64,000 bases of DNA from a virus. A program made the position numbers and the translations under genes. This document shows positions 1 through 7,959 of this stretch, one piece after another; position 1 is the first letter of the stretch; each line of letters opens with the position of its first letter. Where the stretch lies: IMG/VR virus record IMGVR_UViG_3300029959_000004, positions 45,386 to 109,385 of that record; one strand, 5' to 3'. The notes beneath the pieces were generated by a model. It was not told the DNA's origin and did not search any database. It saw nothing but the letters and a program-made list of their open reading frames with translations.

Positions 1-1583
1 TTATAATAGTTAGCTACTTTATATCCTAAGTTCCGACTTCCTGAATGTATCATAATCCAGATATTATTCTCGGTATCTTTTTGAATCTCAATAAAATGAT
101 TTCCCCCTCCTAAAGTACCGATTTGTTTTAACGCGTTGAAATATTCTTTTTTAATAACATTATAGTTTTCTAACATATCTCTAATTGTTTCTGCTTTAAT
201 TGGCATTAAATTTTCATCTTGTCTTTCTTTATGACTTCCGTCACGCCCGTTTCCAACAGGAATAACTTCTCTAATCTTTCCCATTATCTTCTTTAAAGTT
301 TCTCTATCTAATTGTTCTGATTTTAAAGAAGTCTTAACCGCACACATACCGCAATTATGAACAAATACCCCAGAAGATAAGGCAAAATTATGATATTTAT
401 CAATAGTTAAACAATAAACATCTTCTTTTTTATTTATTAGTTTAATTGAAATAATTTTATGATTTTTTCTATTTTTATTCCAATAAGCTCCAAAACCATA
501 TTTTTTACCAATTTCAGAAGATTTGACTCTTCCTTTTTCAGATTTGTTATATTGAATTAAAAATTTCTTTCCTCTTTCTCCAGCTAATTTAGCTTGTTCT
601 TTAAATTTTTCAGTTTTTGAATAATTAATCCAATTTTGTATTGCGTTCTTTTTTACAATTTCTTGGAAATCTTTTCTTTGATGTAATTTTCTCATATTTT
701 CTGATGCCATTTTAGAAAATAAAATGGGATTATTCTTTCTTGCTATTTTAAATCCAACGATACCTAATTTAGAGTTTTTACCAACATTTTTATAATGTAT
801 TTCCCAATGTTTTTTCCAATTAACTCGTTTTATGTTTGTAGGGTTATTGTTATATTTATTAAAATCTATATGGTGTCTAACTCCTTTAGTTTTTTTATAA
901 ATACCATTTAATATATTAAACTCATCTGCTAAAATATGAATATAGCGATACTTATTATTCTTAGGATTATAAATTACATTATAATCTTTCATTTTTTCTT
1001 TTTTAAATTGATGCTCAAATTCAATATCTTCCACTTCAAATGCTTTATTAATGTAAATTGGCATTAACGATTGTCCAATTTTTAATTTTTTCGCTCTAAT
1101 TTCTTTATTTTCTCTATCATAAAATATATGATCTTTAGTGCATTTAATTATTTCATTATTATCCAATTTTATTTCTAAAAGTTCGTTGGCAATTCGTGTT
1201 TTTCTGGGACTATTAATTTTTGATATAACAATATTTGATTCTTTATCCAGAGAGTAACAAAAATTTTCTTTACCTCTATTATATTCTTTAATTAATTCTA
1301 AAAATGATAAATCTCTTCCATCAGTTAATTTAACTTTTGTATCACCAGTAAAACATCCAATATCAACACCTACTGCATTAGGTATTACTACTTTCTTAGT
1401 AGCTAATACTCCACCAATAGGCATACCAAATCCTTGATGACAGTCCGGCATTACCGCTATGTGTTTGAAAGCGAATGGTAAATTGGATAAATTAACCAAT
1501 TGTTTCACAGCTCCGTCTTCTATCTCATCTAACCACATCTTTATTGGAACTTTTTGTTTATCTGTATCATATATTACTTTCAT
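1..1583 (-). CDS. rtcB: RtcB-family RNA 2',3'-cyclic phosphate/5'-OH ligase, intein-interrupted, runs off the window at the 3' end
   Basis: Absent from the ORF track; translated by hand from ATG 1583 (SD GAGGAG upstream): MKVIYDTDKQKVPIKMW...AVMPDCHQGFGMPIGGVLA...PNAVGVDIG[intein]CGMCAVKT...QIGTLGGGNHFIEIQ...IMIHSGSRNLG. These are the RtcB MPDxHxG, DIGC, GNHF and HSGSR motifs. Confidence 0.95.
   Translation of the reverse strand, partial: MKVIYDTDKQKVPIKMWLDEIEDGAVKQLVNLSNLPFAFKHIAVMPDCHQGFGMPIGGVLATKKVVIPNAVGVDIGCFTGDTKVKLTDGRDLSFLELIKEYNRGKENFCYSLDKESNIVISKINSPRKTRIANELLEIKLDNNEIIKCTKDHIFYDRENKEIRAKKLKIGQSLMPIYINKAFEVEDIEFEHQFKKEKMKDYNVIYNPKNNKYRYIHILADEFNILNGIYKKTKGVRHHIDFNKYNNNPTNIKRVNWKKHWEIHYKNVGKNSKLGIVGFKIARKNNPILFSKMASENMRKLHQRKDFQEIVKKNAIQNWINYSKTEKFKEQAKLAGERGKKFLIQYNKSEKGRVKSSEIGKKYGFGAYWNKNRKNHKIISIKLINKKEDVYCLTIDKYHNFALSSGVFVHNCGMCAVKTSLKSEQLDRETLKKIMGKIREVIPVGNGRDGSHKERQDENLMPIKAETIRDMLENYNVIKKEYFNALKQIGTLGGGNHFIEIQKDTENNIWIMIHSGSRNLGYKVANYY
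354..1355 (-). mobile_element. Intein (334 aa) with HNH-type homing endonuclease domain, inside rtcB
   Basis: Starts CFTGDTKVKLTDG, ends EDVYCLTIDKYHNFALSSGVFVHN, followed by Cys+1. 1002 nt, in frame. Internal RHHIDFNKYNNNPTNIKRVNWKKHWEIH is an HNH motif. Confidence 0.93.
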
Positions 1584-1603
1584 TTTATATTCTCCTCTTT
1601 AGA

Positions 1604-1861
1604 TTAGTTTTTAGAATCTTGATGTGAAATTCTATATTCCCAATTCCACCAATCTTCTATAGTTCCTACATAAAATGTACCTTTTCTTTCTACAAAACAC
1701 AGCCACGCTTTAACTTCTCTTTTATCTTTTGTAATATCTACAACTATAGGAAACCAAGCAAACCACTTGTGCCATTCTTCAAGTTTTTTTATTTCTTTAT
1801 CTTTAATTTCTTTTTTCAATCTTACTATATTTTCTTTTGTATAACCATTAGTCCAAATCAT
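1604..1861 (-). CDS. Hypothetical phage protein (WHKWFAWFP type)
   Basis: ORF with SD AAGGAG, which is part of hammerhead stem III. Confidence 0.75.
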   Translation of the reverse strand: MIWTNGYTKENIVRLKKEIKDKEIKKLEEWHKWFAWFPIVVDITKDKREVKAWLCFVERKGTFYVGTIEDWWNWEYRISHQDSKN

Positions 1862-1866
1862 CTATT

Positions 1867-1921
1867 CTCCTTTCGGGCTTATTTAATGCCCTCATCAGTT
1901 AATGAATTACATTAAGAGGAA
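1867..1921 (-). ncRNA. Hammerhead ribozyme, type III
   Basis: Minus-strand RNA UUCCUC^UUAAUG-UAAUU-CAUUAA-CUGAUGA-GGGC-AUUAAAUAA-GCCC-GAAA-GGAG. Intact CUGANGA/GAAA core, three stems, CUC triplet with predicted cut between 1916 and 1915. Loop I UAAU is complementary to loop II AUUA. Confidence 0.93.
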
Positions 1922-2465
1922 CAATCTAAGTAGTAGATTTTTTAGAAATAACTCTCCATTGTCAATAGACCGCCAACAAAAAACACAAAACCTAAAAATA
2001 ACCAACACAAAATAACTATTTCTCGTCTTTCTATTCCATAACAACCACGAAACACACTATCTATATCTCCCAAAGTATGATCCATCTCTTGACCGCTTAT
2101 TTGATACATAGCTTGTTGATATTCAAGAGATTTTTCTTTCATTCTAGAAGTTGTTTCTAGTCTGCTTATTAAAGTATCTAATATCTTTAATTGAGTAGAT
2201 TTAGTCATTCTTTCCGTTTTAAAGATATAGTTAGCATGTTCTTCGCTAATATTACTAACTTTTTCTCTGTATTCCTTAAAATACATCAGTTTATCTTTAG
2301 CTGTTGAAGCGTCATCCGCTAATTTTAAGAACTGTTTATATTTTACCTCGTAGTTATATGCAATATCAACTCCGAGAATTGTTCCTAAAACAAAAAACAA
2401 TATTGCAAGACCAAATAATAGAAATTTCATTCTTATCTCCTTTTTTGGTCTACTACTTAGATTGT
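1921..2465. repeat. Perfect 17-bp inverted repeat (1921-1937 / 2449-2465) bracketing gene 1942-2430
   Basis: acaatctaagtagtaga and tctactacttagattgt are exact reverse complements, both intergenic. Confidence 0.95.
1942..2430 (-). CDS. Membrane protein with N- and C-terminal TM helices flanking a soluble domain
   Basis: Hydrophobic residues 3-24 and about 138-158; SD AAGGAG. Confidence 0.8.
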   Translation of the reverse strand: MKFLLFGLAILFFVLGTILGVDIAYNYEVKYKQFLKLADDASTAKDKLMYFKEYREKVSNISEEHANYIFKTERMTKSTQLKILDTLISRLETTSRMKEKSLEYQQAMYQISGQEMDHTLGDIDSVFRGCYGIERREIVILCWLFLGFVFFVGGLLTMESYF

Positions 2466-2482
2466 CAAAGAACCAAACTTAT

Positions 2483-2809
2483 TTACAAACAGATAGCTTG
2501 ATGTGTTTTTTCATATTCTTCCACGAACTTACATATTATAGTTCCATAGTCTCCTTCTATTCTCTCATTAGTATCTTTCTTAACAATAGACCAAGTTACA
2601 ACCTGATGTTGTAAGTAGTTTTTATACTCCATTCTTTGTAGCATTATGTTATTATCCGTAAGAATATGAAAATTCTTTCTATCTCTCATTGCCATTTTCT
2701 GTGTTCCCATATAAATTTTCCAAGCGTGTTCTTTTGCTCTTGCTAAAACCACATCAATTTGTTGCTTTTCTGTCAGGTTATTTAGCTTATTTACAACGTT
2801 TTGATCCAT
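2483..2809 (-). CDS. Hypothetical protein
   Basis: ORF with SD AGGAGG, in operon orientation. Confidence 0.7.
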   Translation of the reverse strand: MDQNVVNKLNNLTEKQQIDVVLARAKEHAWKIYMGTQKMAMRDRKNFHILTDNNIMLQRMEYKNYLQHQVVTWSIVKKDTNERIEGDYGTIICKFVEEYEKTHQAICL

Positions 2810-2824
2810 TTTACTTCCTCCTAT

Positions 2825-3052
2825 TTAATAACCAAATTTATTTAGAGTATTGTCTAAATACGCTCTCATTACAATTAAAGTCGCTAAAAATTCATCATCT
2901 ACGGTTATTTTTGTTCCACTTAAAGCTACAATATCGTCTAAAGCTACAATATCGTCAATTCTTTTTAATTTAGAGACCTTTTCATTTAGATTATCTGAAA
3001 TTTTAAACATTTCATCTCTACTTAATTTCTTTTTATTATTTCTCATTATCAA
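2825..3052 (-). CDS. Hypothetical protein with internal 6-aa duplication
   Basis: ORF track; DDIVAL occurs twice in tandem. Confidence 0.6.
   Translation of the reverse strand: MIMRNNKKKLSRDEMFKISDNLNEKVSKLKRIDDIVALDDIVALSGTKITVDDEFLATLIVMRAYLDNTLNKFGY
2921..2956. repeat. 18-bp perfect tandem duplication
   Basis: taaagctacaatatcgtc x2, in frame. Confidence 0.95.
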
Positions 3053-3170
3053 ACTCTCTTTCTAATTTAACTATCTCTTCCTCTAATAAAATCTTCTCGT
3101 CTTCTGTTAAATCCTTAAAAATTACGTGAGCCTCTTTCATTAACTTAATAATATTTCCAACTTTTTCCAT
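3036..3170 (-). CDS. Small hypothetical protein (44 aa)
   Basis: MEKVGNIIKLMKEAH...; SD AAGGAG directly after the second hammerhead. Confidence 0.6.
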   Translation of the reverse strand: MEKVGNIIKLMKEAHVIFKDLTEDEKILLEEEIVKLEREFDNEK

Positions 3171-3181
3171 TTTTATTCTCC

Positions 3182-3247
3182 TTAATTGGTCTCATTCAGT
3201 TTTGTATTAAACAAAAGACGGAGATAATGTAACTCTCCGTTTCGACC
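3182..3247 (-). ncRNA. Hammerhead ribozyme, type II with pseudoknot, 1-nt core insertion variant
   Basis: Minus-strand RNA GGUC-GAAA-CGGAGA-GUUACAUUA-UCUCCGUC^UUUUGU-UUAAU-ACAAAA-CUGAAUGA-GACC-A-AUUAA. Stems II, III and I all pair; GUC triplet with predicted cut between 3217 and 3216. Loop I UUAAU pairs with the 3' AUUAA. Core reads CUGAAUGA instead of CUGANGA. Confidence 0.82.
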
Positions 3248-3379
3248 TTATTTAAGTATTAACCAAACTAATATAATAATAGAAATATATATTAGATGTA
3301 TAAACCAAGGAAGAACCTTCCCTCCTAAGACTAATCCTAAGAAGAAAGCTATGAATTTTCCTTTATTCTTATCTTCCAC
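3248..3379 (-). CDS. Small membrane protein (43 aa)
   Basis: GTG start with SD AAGGAG; MEDKNKGKFIAFLLGLVLGG...ISIIILVWLILK. Confidence 0.55.
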   Translation of the reverse strand: MEDKNKGKFIAFFLGLVLGGKVLPWFIHLIYISIIILVWLILK

Positions 3380-3413
3380 GTCTTCTCCTTTCTTAACTAA
3401 GTGGATAGAAAAC

Positions 3414-3788
3414 TTAACTGACTGATTCCACCTTCTTTTCTACACCACTTAACAATTTCTCAATGGTGGTCTGTATCTTCGCTCTCAAAGCACCTCCAAA
3501 AAGAAAATGATCCAATAAAACAACAACACCTACGGTTAAAATAATATCCTGATGATCTTCGTAATACTTTTTCAGACTTTTTAACATTTTTATTTCTCCT
3601 TTCGATTTATTTACGTATTCTAAATCTTCGTCATCCCACCGATAAGAACTTCCTGTTTTTGCTGTAGCGATAACTCTACCATAAATATCAATGTAATCAA
3701 CTACAATTATGTCTCCAATAGTTGCAGCGACTTGCCCATTACTCTTTCCTATAACTCTTAAAACATCTCCTTTTTTAAATACAGACAT
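3414..3788 (-). CDS. Hypothetical protein, SH3-like N-terminus and hydrophobic C-terminal helix
   Basis: FKKGDVLRV...WDDEDLEYV pattern; SD GGAGGTG. Confidence 0.65.
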   Translation of the reverse strand: MSVFKKGDVLRVIGKSNGQVAATIGDIIVVDYIDIYGRVIATAKTGSSYRWDDEDLEYVNKSKGEIKMLKSLKKYYEDHQDIILTVGVVVLLDHFLFGGALRAKIQTTIEKLLSGVEKKVESVS

Positions 3789-3803
3789 ACTTTCACCTCC
3801 TTT

Positions 3804-4013
3804 CTAATTATCTGTTAATTTATTAACTAAATAAATTATAATCTTATAATCCTCATCTCTTAATAATTTTCCTTCTTTATTAAAATATTTATACTCTGCC
3901 GGCAACCCCGCCGTAATCCGCGGAAGTTGTTCAAGAGCAATAGTCCAGTTAAGAAAATCCGGATAGGACTTTTTAGCACTTTCCCTTACTTTAAGTAAAT
4001 CTTTAACTTTCAT
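3804..4013 (-). CDS. Hypothetical protein
   Basis: ORF overlapping the end of the YopX gene. Confidence 0.55.
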   Translation of the reverse strand: MKVKDLLKVRESAKKSYPDFLNWTIALEQLPRITAGLPAEYKYFNKEGKLLRDEDYKIIIYLVNKLTDN

Positions 4014-4440
4014 TCAGCAACTCCGGGTTCTCATAGATATTGCCAATAACGATAAATTTGGGTTTAGGACTAGTATCGCCATCAGATAAACTTATATAAT
4101 TTCTACCATCTGGTGTACCGAAACCAACAAGATCATTCCTATAAATTACTGTATTGATTCGTTTACCAACCCAAGAATTTTCCTCAATAATGTCACCTTC
4201 ATAAATCTCCTTGCCATTCTTATCAAGCAAGCCGGTGAATTCTCCTACTGTTTTAGGGTCAACAAACCAAAAACTAAATTCATTGCTAATAATAGTGTCG
4301 CCTTTAGAATTAACGTTAAGATAGCCATAAACCCATTTCCTGGTTTCTATAGTTTTAGCTCTAAATTTAATTAGTCTCATTTTCTTTATATCTTTCACTG
4401 CAATTGCAACCGTTCGTTCTGCTCTAAGTTCATAAAACAT
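4003..4440 (-). CDS. YopX-family phage protein
   Basis: IKFRAK...WVYG...TVGEFTGLLDKNGKEIYEGDII...VIGNIYENPELL. Confidence 0.9.
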   Translation of the reverse strand: MFYELRAERTVAIAVKDIKKMRLIKFRAKTIETRKWVYGYLNVNSKGDTIISNEFSFWFVDPKTVGEFTGLLDKNGKEIYEGDIIEENSWVGKRINTVIYRNDLVGFGTPDGRNYISLSDGDTSPKPKFIVIGNIYENPELLNES

Positions 4441-4762
4441 AGCTATCTCCTTTCTAATTCCTAATTTTAAAAAACAATATATCTCTACAAGAAAGTTTTA
4501 AACCCTCTCTTATTTAATCAAAGATTGCATTATTACAGCATATACAATTACTGAACCCACGTTAATTACAATAAACTTAAGCTCTTCTTTCATTCTTTTT
4601 TCCTTTTATCTTCTATTTTACATAGACAGTCTTTACAAACAAACCATATATTATGTTCCATATTGTAATAACCGCCTTTTATCTCACTTGCTCCTTCTGT
4701 TAAACATATATCACAAGGTATATATATTTTTCTTCTGTCTTCTCTTTTCTGTTCTTCTTGTG

Positions 4763-5041
4763 TCATTTTAATTTTTCTCCTCTAATCAAGTTTTCTTCAC
4801 AGTCTCCGGGTCCATATTTAATATTAAATAAATATCCTTTATATTCATAACCAACAAAAACACCTTTGTATTTAGCTTCTTTAAAGTCTTTTTGACTTTT
4901 TAAACTTTCCCAAGCTTTATTATTAGGAGAATAATATAGATTTATTCCACATTCCCCATATTTTAAAGCAATTTCAAACCATTCTAATACATTTTTCTTA
5001 GCTTTTTTTAATTCTTCTATTTCCTGTTCTTCTAAAGTCAT
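4763..5041 (-). CDS. Hypothetical protein
   Basis: ATGA-coupled ORF. Confidence 0.6.
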   Translation of the reverse strand: MTLEEQEIEELKKAKKNVLEWFEIALKYGECGINLYYSPNNKAWESLKSQKDFKEAKYKGVFVGYEYKGYLFNIKYGPGDCEENLIRGEKLK

Positions 5042-5229
5042 TTTAACTCCTCTGTAATTATATCTTCTTGTTCACCTATATAAAAAGCATCGTCTCCGTA
5101 TTCTCCATCTATTGCACTTAATTTAGTGTCGTCTTCAAATACAAGAGTATAATAGTATCCACACAGACCCTTTCTTTTTTGTATAGTCTTTATTGTTTTT
5201 CCTATAAAACGTTTTAAATCTTCTTCCAT
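5038..5229 (-). CDS. Hypothetical protein
   Basis: ORF with SD GAGGAG. Confidence 0.6.
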   Translation of the reverse strand: MEEDLKRFIGKTIKTIQKRKGLCGYYYTLVFEDDTKLSAIDGEYGDDAFYIGEQEDIITEELK

Positions 5230-5641
5230 TATATTCTCCTCTTTAATTCCTCATTTTTAATAACAAAAAATCTATATAGTATAACTCTATTCCAATTATA
5301 TTATTTAGGGAATTAAAATAAGACTATTCCTTTATATTGAAAAGTAAATCCTGATAAATAATGCTTTCACTCTTTATTTTCACTTCTTTAGCGTTTTTTA
5401 ACTGTCTTTTAACATAATTCTCTAAAACTTGTATAGCTTTTTCTCTATCCAATTTTATTTCCATCTTATTTTCCTCATTTAACTAAATTAAATATGGTAA
5501 TTTCGCCTTTTTTCTCTTTTTCTAACCATATTGATATATCTTTACGAGAAATTTCTCTTGAGAAGAGTATTCCGTTATGTTTATCATCATTTTTGAAGTA
5601 TTCTATCACACTAATTCTTTTAATCCATCTCATAAAATCAT

Positions 5642-5863
5642 TCATTTAAAACTCCATTTTAACCAACCTTTAATTACTTTTTTTAGCCCTTTTAAAGACT
5701 TAATATAAGGTACTTTACCACATATAAAACATACTTCCCACATATTTAGTGGGTCTGCACAACCACAATTCAAACAAAAAGAATCCTTAGCTGATTTTAA
5801 CTGTTTTCTTAATTCAATTAAATCAACACATTCATCCAAAATTATTGCTTCGTCAATTTTCAT
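5642..5863 (-). CDS. Small zinc-ribbon protein
   Basis: CLNCG...CFICG. Confidence 0.6.
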   Translation of the reverse strand: MKIDEAIILDECVDLIELRKQLKSAKDSFCLNCGCADPLNMWEVCFICGKVPYIKSLKGLKKVIKGWLKWSFK

Positions 5864-5911
5864 TCTTGATATGTTTCATCCATTGGGAAGAAACTCTTAT
5901 TTTCTATTGGT

Positions 5912-6148
5912 TCAATCATTTTCTCCAGTAATAATAGTCCAAATAATACCTATTTTTAGCTTATTAAAGTTTTTTTTCAAAAGAAGACAAATCTCATTTA
6001 CAGAAAAATTGTTTTTAATAAAATCTGTAGTTTCTTTATCTTTTAAATAAAAATTTGCCATATCAAATACATACCAATAATGTAACCTTTTATTTTTCAA
6101 TTCTTCAAGTTTTTCTAATTTTATTTTTAATTTTTTAGTAAGTTTCAT
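5912..6148 (-). CDS. Hypothetical protein
   Basis: ORF with SD AAGGAG. Confidence 0.55.
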   Translation of the reverse strand: MKLTKKLKIKLEKLEELKNKRLHYWYVFDMANFYLKDKETTDFIKNNFSVNEICLLLKKNFNKLKIGIIWTIITGEND

Positions 6149-6530
6149 TCTTTACTCCTTATCTCACAATACTTACCTCTTAATTGCTTTAATGACATCC
6201 GATTAGCTTTCTCACGAGTTAATATCTTCTGATCCTCAAACCATTGAACATATTGCCACTTATGAGTTGGAAGCCAAAAATTTCCCATCTTTTCCTCTCT
6301 TTCTACCGCCATATTTTTGGTGGCAAATTACACATAATCTTTTCCAGTCTTCTCTTCTACTTTTTTTACTCATATTATCATCCATCCTAACTCTTTACAA
6401 CTCTCATAATACGCTTTAAAATTAACATTCTGTTGAGTTATTCCATTTTTTAAATCACTTTGATACATATCAAAAATATAATCTAAATCTACCAATCTAA
6501 AAAACTTTTTTCTTATTTCTTCAATTCTAC

Positions 6531-6737
6531 TCATTTATCTTCTCCGATCATATCTTTAGTCATCTTAACTGCTAAAGCTGTTTTTAAGATTCCATCTGCC
6601 GCCACTACCCAAACTAACTCGTTTTCAGTTTCTATTAGTTTACCAAGCAATTCTGTGGTTTTCCTAAGAAATTCATTCTTATCCGGTGTTAATATCTTAT
6701 CAACTGAAACTATTATATTTCCTTCTCTTATTTCCAT
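6531..6737 (-). CDS. Hypothetical protein
   Basis: ORF with SD AGGAG. Confidence 0.6.
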   Translation of the reverse strand: MEIREGNIIVSVDKILTPDKNEFLRKTTELLGKLIETENELVWVVAADGILKTALAVKMTKDMIGEDK

Positions 6738-6902
6738 ATTGTTCTCCTATTATACTACAATAAAATCTAATTCCGTCATAATATCTAATACTTCTCTTTC
6801 ACTTACCTTGAACGCTTCAGCTATTTCATAAGTGGACATATTGGTTCTCATCAAAGCATTCTTAATTCCTGCAAATACTTCATTTTCCATCTCACTCCTC
6901 CT

Positions 6903-7070
6903 TTAAAATTGCTCAATAACTCTGTAAATACTTATTTTACCTTTTCTTTTTAGTTTATTTTTAATAAATTCTTCAATTTTATCACATAATTCATCTTGTT
7001 CCTCTTTACTATTAACAACTAATTCTCCCTCAAAATATAAAAATCTTAAATTCTCTTTGTTTTTCATCTT
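6903..7070 (-). CDS. Hypothetical protein (start uncertain)
   Basis: ORF track gives 6903-7091; an internal ATG after SD GAGG is more likely. Confidence 0.5.
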   Translation of the reverse strand, partial: KMKNKENLRFLYFEGELVVNSKEEQDELCDKIEEFIKNKLKRKGKISIYRVIEQF

Positions 7071-7089
7071 ATTCCTCATTATAGATAAC

Positions 7090-7124
7090 AAAAAAACCGT
7101 CTACTCCTGTTACGAATAGACGGT
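7090..7124 (-). terminator. Intrinsic terminator
   Basis: ACCGUCUA-13 nt-UAGACGGU stem running into U7 on the minus strand. Confidence 0.7.
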
Positions 7125-7178
7125 CATTAGAAAACTTAATTTTTAGTTTATCCATCTCTCTCCTTAAGAAAATGGACG

Positions 7179-7407
7179 TTGATAATATGTTAATTCATTG
7201 TATTTCCTATTCTTTTATTATAGTAGAGCTGGTTTTCTCCACTTCTTATATTATGATATATTAGGATACTCACCAGCTCTTCTTTCTATAATAAAACCGG
7301 GAATCCTGTTAGTGATAGAGGGGGCATCTGCCCTTCCTTTACTATTCACTAAAGCAGATTTAGAACTATCCAAGATTCCCGGCACTTTTACTTTATACAT
7401 ATTTCAA
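7179..7407 (-). ncRNA. Candidate multi-helix structured RNA of unknown class
   Basis: Closing stem 7397-7407/7179-7190. Hairpin A 7297-7382 has a 12-bp base stem CCGGGAAUCUUG/CAGGAUUCCCGG. Abutting hairpin B 7213-7296 has perfect 11-bp and 9-bp stems. Confidence 0.6.
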
Positions 7408-7677
7408 TTCCTTCATTTAGTTTATCTATAAGATTATGTAATAAACCTTTACATTTTTTACATATTGTGTATCTTTTTACTTCTTCTTTATTTAAAGGTT
7501 TATTACACTCTTGGCATTTTTCTGTCTTTCCCACGCTTAACTCCTTTTAGTCATTATCTATAAAATCCACTTCTTTTTCTCTATCGCTTTGCCTCTCTGT
7601 TCTGCCACATAAACATCTTGAGCATTCTCCAGGAACCTCTCTACCGCAAACACAAATCCAAGTAGGTTCTATCATTT

Positions 7678-7959
7678 TTATTCTCCTAATATAGAATTAA
7701 CTAACTTATTAGTTTCATCTGAAGTAATTTCTTGTTCTATTTCAACGTTTTCTGGTAGTTTTTTATGTTTTAATAACAAGCTAATCCAGTCTTTATGTTT
7801 GCAGTAATTACGATATATTCCAGATAAACAAGAGCAAACATATTGTTTTTTGTCTTTTACTAATCTGTAATTCTGAGAAAACTCTCCATTTAAGAACTTA
7901 GATATTACATATTCCGAAGAATTTTTCTTATGTACTATATAATTTATATCTTTGTGCAT
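7678..7959 (-). CDS. SWIM zinc-finger protein
   Basis: YVCSC...YCKH fits CxC-x(n)-CxH. Confidence 0.8.
   Translation of the reverse strand: MHKDINYIVHKKNSSEYVISKFLNGEFSQNYRLVKDKKQYVCSCLSGIYRNYCKHKDWISLLLKHKKLPENVEIEQEITSDETNKLVNSILGE

Noticed and set aside
3213-3242. ACGGAGA/TCTCCGT hairpin followed by U-rich sequence as a simple intrinsic terminator
   Set aside because: Better explained as stem III plus stem I of the type II hammerhead, given the GAAA, GUC, core and stem II; a dual role cannot be excluded.
3893-3932. GC-rich hairpin resembling part of a twister ribozyme
   Set aside because: Lies inside a plausible ORF and lacks the twister core and pseudoknot elements.
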